A stretch of 64,000 nt of DNA from an uncultured Planctomycetota bacterium (lineage in GTDB: Bacteria > Planctomycetota > Planctomycetia > Gemmatales > Gemmataceae), in assembly GCA_963849325.1 (NCBI GenBank), contig CAWKHF010000005.1, positions 960,001 through 1,024,000 on the forward strand. The letters are read 5' to 3'. Shown here piece by piece: positions 62,053 to 64,000 of the stretch. The position numbers and the translations under genes were made by a program. The notes below the pieces were generated by a model. The model did not search any database, was not told where the DNA came from, and saw only the letters and a program-made list of their open reading frames with translations. Numbering within the stretch: the first letter of the stretch is position 1; every line of letters starts with the position of its first letter.

Positions 62053-63929
62053 TCAGAACTGTCCGCGTAGCTCAACGCCCTTGGTATTCGGGACGACCGT
62101 CAAGCCGTTTGGCGGATTGATTTGGTCGAACCCCGTCCCAGCCTGTTGCCCCCATTGAATCATCAAATCATCAATTGCCGTACCCGGCGGCGGGGTATAA
62201 CCATTGCCATAGGTAACTGTCACAATCCCCCCGTTCAGCGTCGCCGTCCCGGTGATGTTTAAGGAACTGAAAGTGGTATTGCCGTAAATCGACTCGGTGA
62301 TGCTGCTATTCGACTCGGACTGAAAGTCACCCTGAACTTGGATGGCATTAACGACAGCAAGTAGGCCATAATTGTCCAACGACCCAGCCACAATAATGGA
62401 GTTGGCCCCCTGTCCATCCGTGACAGTGACGTAATTCGTTAGGTCGAGGTTCATTGTCACTTGCGTGCCAAGGGAATTGATTGTTCCCTCGTTAAAGAGA
62501 GAGGTGCGGGCACAACATTGTTATATGCGATGTCACACGGACCTTGGCCCCAGAGTATAGAGCCTACGTTGGTGATGATTACTCCGCCGCCCAGGGTCAA
62601 ATCCCCTGTGAAAAACTGAATAGTTCCATCATTGTATATTTGACCACCGTTTACCATGTTGACCGTTTGAATTCCGCCTTCAACATCCACATTGCCGCCG
62701 GAGGCGATATTAAGGGCTCCGGAGGAGTTAAAGTTTCCCTTCCAAATAAAAACACTTCCCGGCCCAATATCCAAGTTGCCCGTACCGACGAAGCTTTGCG
62801 TTGTGTTTTCCGTGAGGTTAGGGATCTGGATTACATTATCGCCATTATCACCGCTGAGTTGAACATTCCCACCACCAGATAAGCCAAGATAACCGTTTCC
62901 AGAAAAAACAGCGCCGTTCCATTGATTAGTTATAGTTGGCCCCAAAGAAATATAAAAATCGCCGGCAATGTTGACGTTTGTATTTTGACCGTCTCCCGTT
63001 ATGATGGCACCAGCTTGGGCTTGCAGGTTACCAGCAATAGTCACCGTGCCAAAGTTATCGACCAACGGTGTATTGATGATGACTGTACTGCCAGGGAAAG
63101 AAACATTATCGACCATTGACGATGCACTATCGGTAATCTGAAAGCTGGAACTGGGCGACTGGCTACCGTCGATCGTCGCTTTGGTCGTAATCCCCGCGTC
63201 AAAAGTGAATATTCCTCCTTCGCTATTCCTGATAGTGGCACCGTTACGGAGACTGAGTGTATTTTCAGCTTCATAAGAGATATTGCCGTTATTCTGGATG
63301 TCTCGACCATCGAGTATTAAAGTTTGCGAAGCATTGGCCGGAATGAGCAAGATGCCGGCATTATCGACACCAAGGATCGCCCCGCTGGCATCGCCCGACA
63401 TTTTTCCGCTGACCCATTTTAATGTGTCTCCCTGCACAGTCAGGTTGCCACTTCCCGACACCCCTCCGTCCGGATCTGCCTCTATATCGCCTCCCTTATC
63501 CAATGTCAAATCTCCATCGAGATCTAAAGTTCCCATGTAACCAGGGTCCATCTGCAGGAAGGCAATTTCAACGCCGGCTATCCCCATCGAAGGGATGTGG
63601 CAAGAATCATTAGTTGACTGTGGATCAAAGACGACTGAATCGTTGGCTCCCGGCAACACCGTCGGCGTTTGGTTGTTTACTGACCAACTCCAATTTCCTA
63701 GAGTAGTCCAGAGACCGTCACCCTTTGCATCCGTCCAAGTGTACAATGCAAGACACCAACGCTCCTCAAGAGCTTCCAATTGCAAAATCGCTCGCTTCCA
63801 CTTGCGCGACGCCATCGCCGTCCGCGTCTTGTACTGATGCCCGTAGTGGCGAATCTTGCCGCCAGCGAGGCGAAGGAGTCCACGGATGCTCGCTAATGGA
63901 TTTGGAAACATGTTCATCTCCCTTCGCAA
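62053..63929 (-). CDS. Planctomycete-type secreted beta-helix/adhesin-like protein; frameshift near 62490
   Basis: LQLEALEERWC motif; WTDAKGDGLWTTLGNW; Gly/Asn/Thr/Ile-rich passenger-like repeats. Confidence 0.75.
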
Positions 63930-64000
63930 CCTGATTGGGAGCTACGTCCGCTCGTCGAACAACACGGCCGGCAACTTCGCCCGCTCCCCGCCTGTCCTCT

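Noticed and set aside
3416-62500. More than a dozen frameshifted genes as pseudogenes or programmed frameshifts
   Set aside because: Breaks are scattered single-base indels across unrelated genes whose catalytic motifs remain intact, and some compensate each other. Long-read assembly error is the simpler explanation. Read polishing would settle it.

Overview
High-GC window, most likely from a planctomycete (Gemmataceae-like). This rests on family recognition: a DUF1559 prepilin-like gene, a YTV-type Cys-rich protein, HYExAFE next to hisS, an 'LEALEER' secreted-protein motif and prenyltransferase/HEAT proteins. It holds about 50 mostly housekeeping or envelope genes, including hisS, rny-ymdB, recQ, uxuA, dacB, a CusA/CusB-like RND pump, ABC transporters and two lipid-glycosylation modules. 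More than a dozen genes are split by single-base indels, which I read as sequencing or assembly error. The main unexplained structure is about 20 short palindromic elements in several families: REP-like hairpins, and stem-loops whose arms are tandem 7-, 9- or 10-mers. Some are nested, some supply stop codons, and at least two lie in-frame inside proteins. The 93-bp element in a GT4 gene carries mirrored substitutions that remove an in-frame TAG from each arm while keeping perfect pairing. There is also a complete leader-peptide attenuator (Ala/Val/Leu/Ile-rich) upstream of a PLP aminotransferase, a candidate 6S-like RNA upstream of rny, and a lower-GC segment at the right end. I saw no rRNA, tRNA, CRISPR array or transposase. 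All family assignments come from reading motifs by eye, not from database searches.
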